Shown here: positions 63,429-64,000 of the stretch, in pieces
Numbering within the stretch: position 1 is the first letter of the stretch
Layout: every line of letters begins with the position of its first letter
From: an uncultured Solirubrobacterales bacterium
Lineage (GTDB): Bacteria > Actinomycetota > Thermoleophilia > Solirubrobacterales > 70-9
DNA: 64,000 nucleotides
Direction of reading: 5' to 3'
Assembly (NCBI GenBank): GCA_963734745.1
Contig: CAVTIG010000001.1
Coordinates: 129,571 to 193,570 of the forward strand
The notes under the pieces: model-generated
Database searches by the model: none
The model's input: only the letters and a program-made list of their open reading frames with translations
Told to the model about the DNA's origin: nothing
Translations under genes and position numbers: made by a program

Positions 63429-64000
63429 TTAAGACCTGCGAAATCGCTTTCGCAGCGCCTCGAGCCGGCGGCTCAGCTCGGCCTCGAAACCGCGGTCGGT
63501 CGGCGCGTAGAAACGGCTGTCCTCCAGACCGAGCGGCAGCAGCTGTTGGTCGCTCACCCCGCCCGGCTCGTCGTGCGCGTAGCGGTAGCCGCCGCCGCGC
63601 CCGAGCTTCTCCGCGCCGGGGTAGTGGGCGTCTCGCAGGTAGTCGGGAGGGGTCTTGGCGCCGTTCTCGCGGACCTCGCCGCGGGCGGCGCCGAGGCCTT
63701 TGTAGGAGGCGTTGGACTTCGGCGCCAGGGCCAGGTAGACGGCGGCCTGGGCGAGGTTGAGCGCGCACTCCGGCAGGCCGACCCGGTCGACCGCGCTGGC
63801 GGCCGCGTCGGCGATCAGCAGCGCCTGGGGGTCGGCGTTGCCGACGTCCTCGGAGGCGAGGATGACCATGCGGCGGGCGATGAAGCGCGGGTCCTCGCCG
63901 CCCTCCAGCATCACCGCCAGGTAGTAGAGCGAGGCGTCGACGTCAGAGCCGCGGGTCGCCTTGATCCAGGCCGAGATGAAGTCGTAGTGCCGGTCGCCCT
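63429..64000 (-). CDS. rarA: replication-associated recombination protein A (MgsA/RarA), C-terminal part; gene continues beyond the window
   Basis: DRHYDFISAWIKATRGSDVDASLYYLAVMLEGGEDPRFIARRMVILASEDVGNADP...PPDYLRDAHYPGAEKLGRGGGYRYAHD. Confidence 0.88.
   Translation of the reverse strand, partial: GDRHYDFISAWIKATRGSDVDASLYYLAVMLEGGEDPRFIARRMVILASEDVGNADPQALLIADAAASAVDRVGLPECALNLAQAAVYLALAPKSNASYKGLGAARGEVRENGAKTPPDYLRDAHYPGAEKLGRGGGYRYAHDEPGGVSDQQLLPLGLEDSRFYAPTDRGFEAELSRRLEALRKRFRRS

Overview
Very GC-rich (by eye about 70%, not computed) bacterial chromosomal segment with Actinomycetota-type gene content: a Kgd/OdhA-type fused 2-oxoglutarate dehydrogenase, decaprenyl-phosphate phosphoribosyltransferase, polyprenol-P-mannose synthase, PAC2, ECF sigma factors, and a c-di-AMP riboswitch ahead of an NlpC/P60 hydrolase. 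A deep-branching, Thermoleophilia-like lineage is my inference only. I call about 58 densely packed protein genes. They cover central metabolism (gltA, odhA, acnA, fumC, methylmalonyl-CoA mutase/carboxyltransferase/epimerase), two ABC transporters, ileS, trxA, ychF, a partial rarA, and several envelope or secreted proteins. I saw no rRNA, tRNA, CRISPR array, IS element or prophage. Main observations: (1) Eight copies of a roughly 55-nt near-perfect palindromic REP-like element sit mostly at gene 3' ends, including two tandem pairs. (2) One copy lies inside the essential ileS gene. Restoring a single missing C in its 5' arm repairs both the palindrome and the reading frame, so the element would be translated in frame. 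(3) Many 1-nt frameshifts interrupt otherwise well-conserved housekeeping genes, concentrated at 41-63 kb. These are most likely homopolymer sequencing errors, so gene-fusion and gene-split calls there need caution. (4) One gene encodes lipoyl, PSBD, E2 catalytic and E1 domains of 2-oxoglutarate dehydrogenase in a single polypeptide. (5) A candidate 6C-like sRNA has its own promoter. (6) A single-polypeptide ECF sigma/anti-sigma fusion is translationally coupled to a large secreted protein. (7) An alkyl-DHAP-synthase-like flavoenzyme sits next to a fatty-acyl-reductase/SDR fusion. Most long ORFs in the six-frame track that lie antisense to these genes are GC-driven shadow ORFs.
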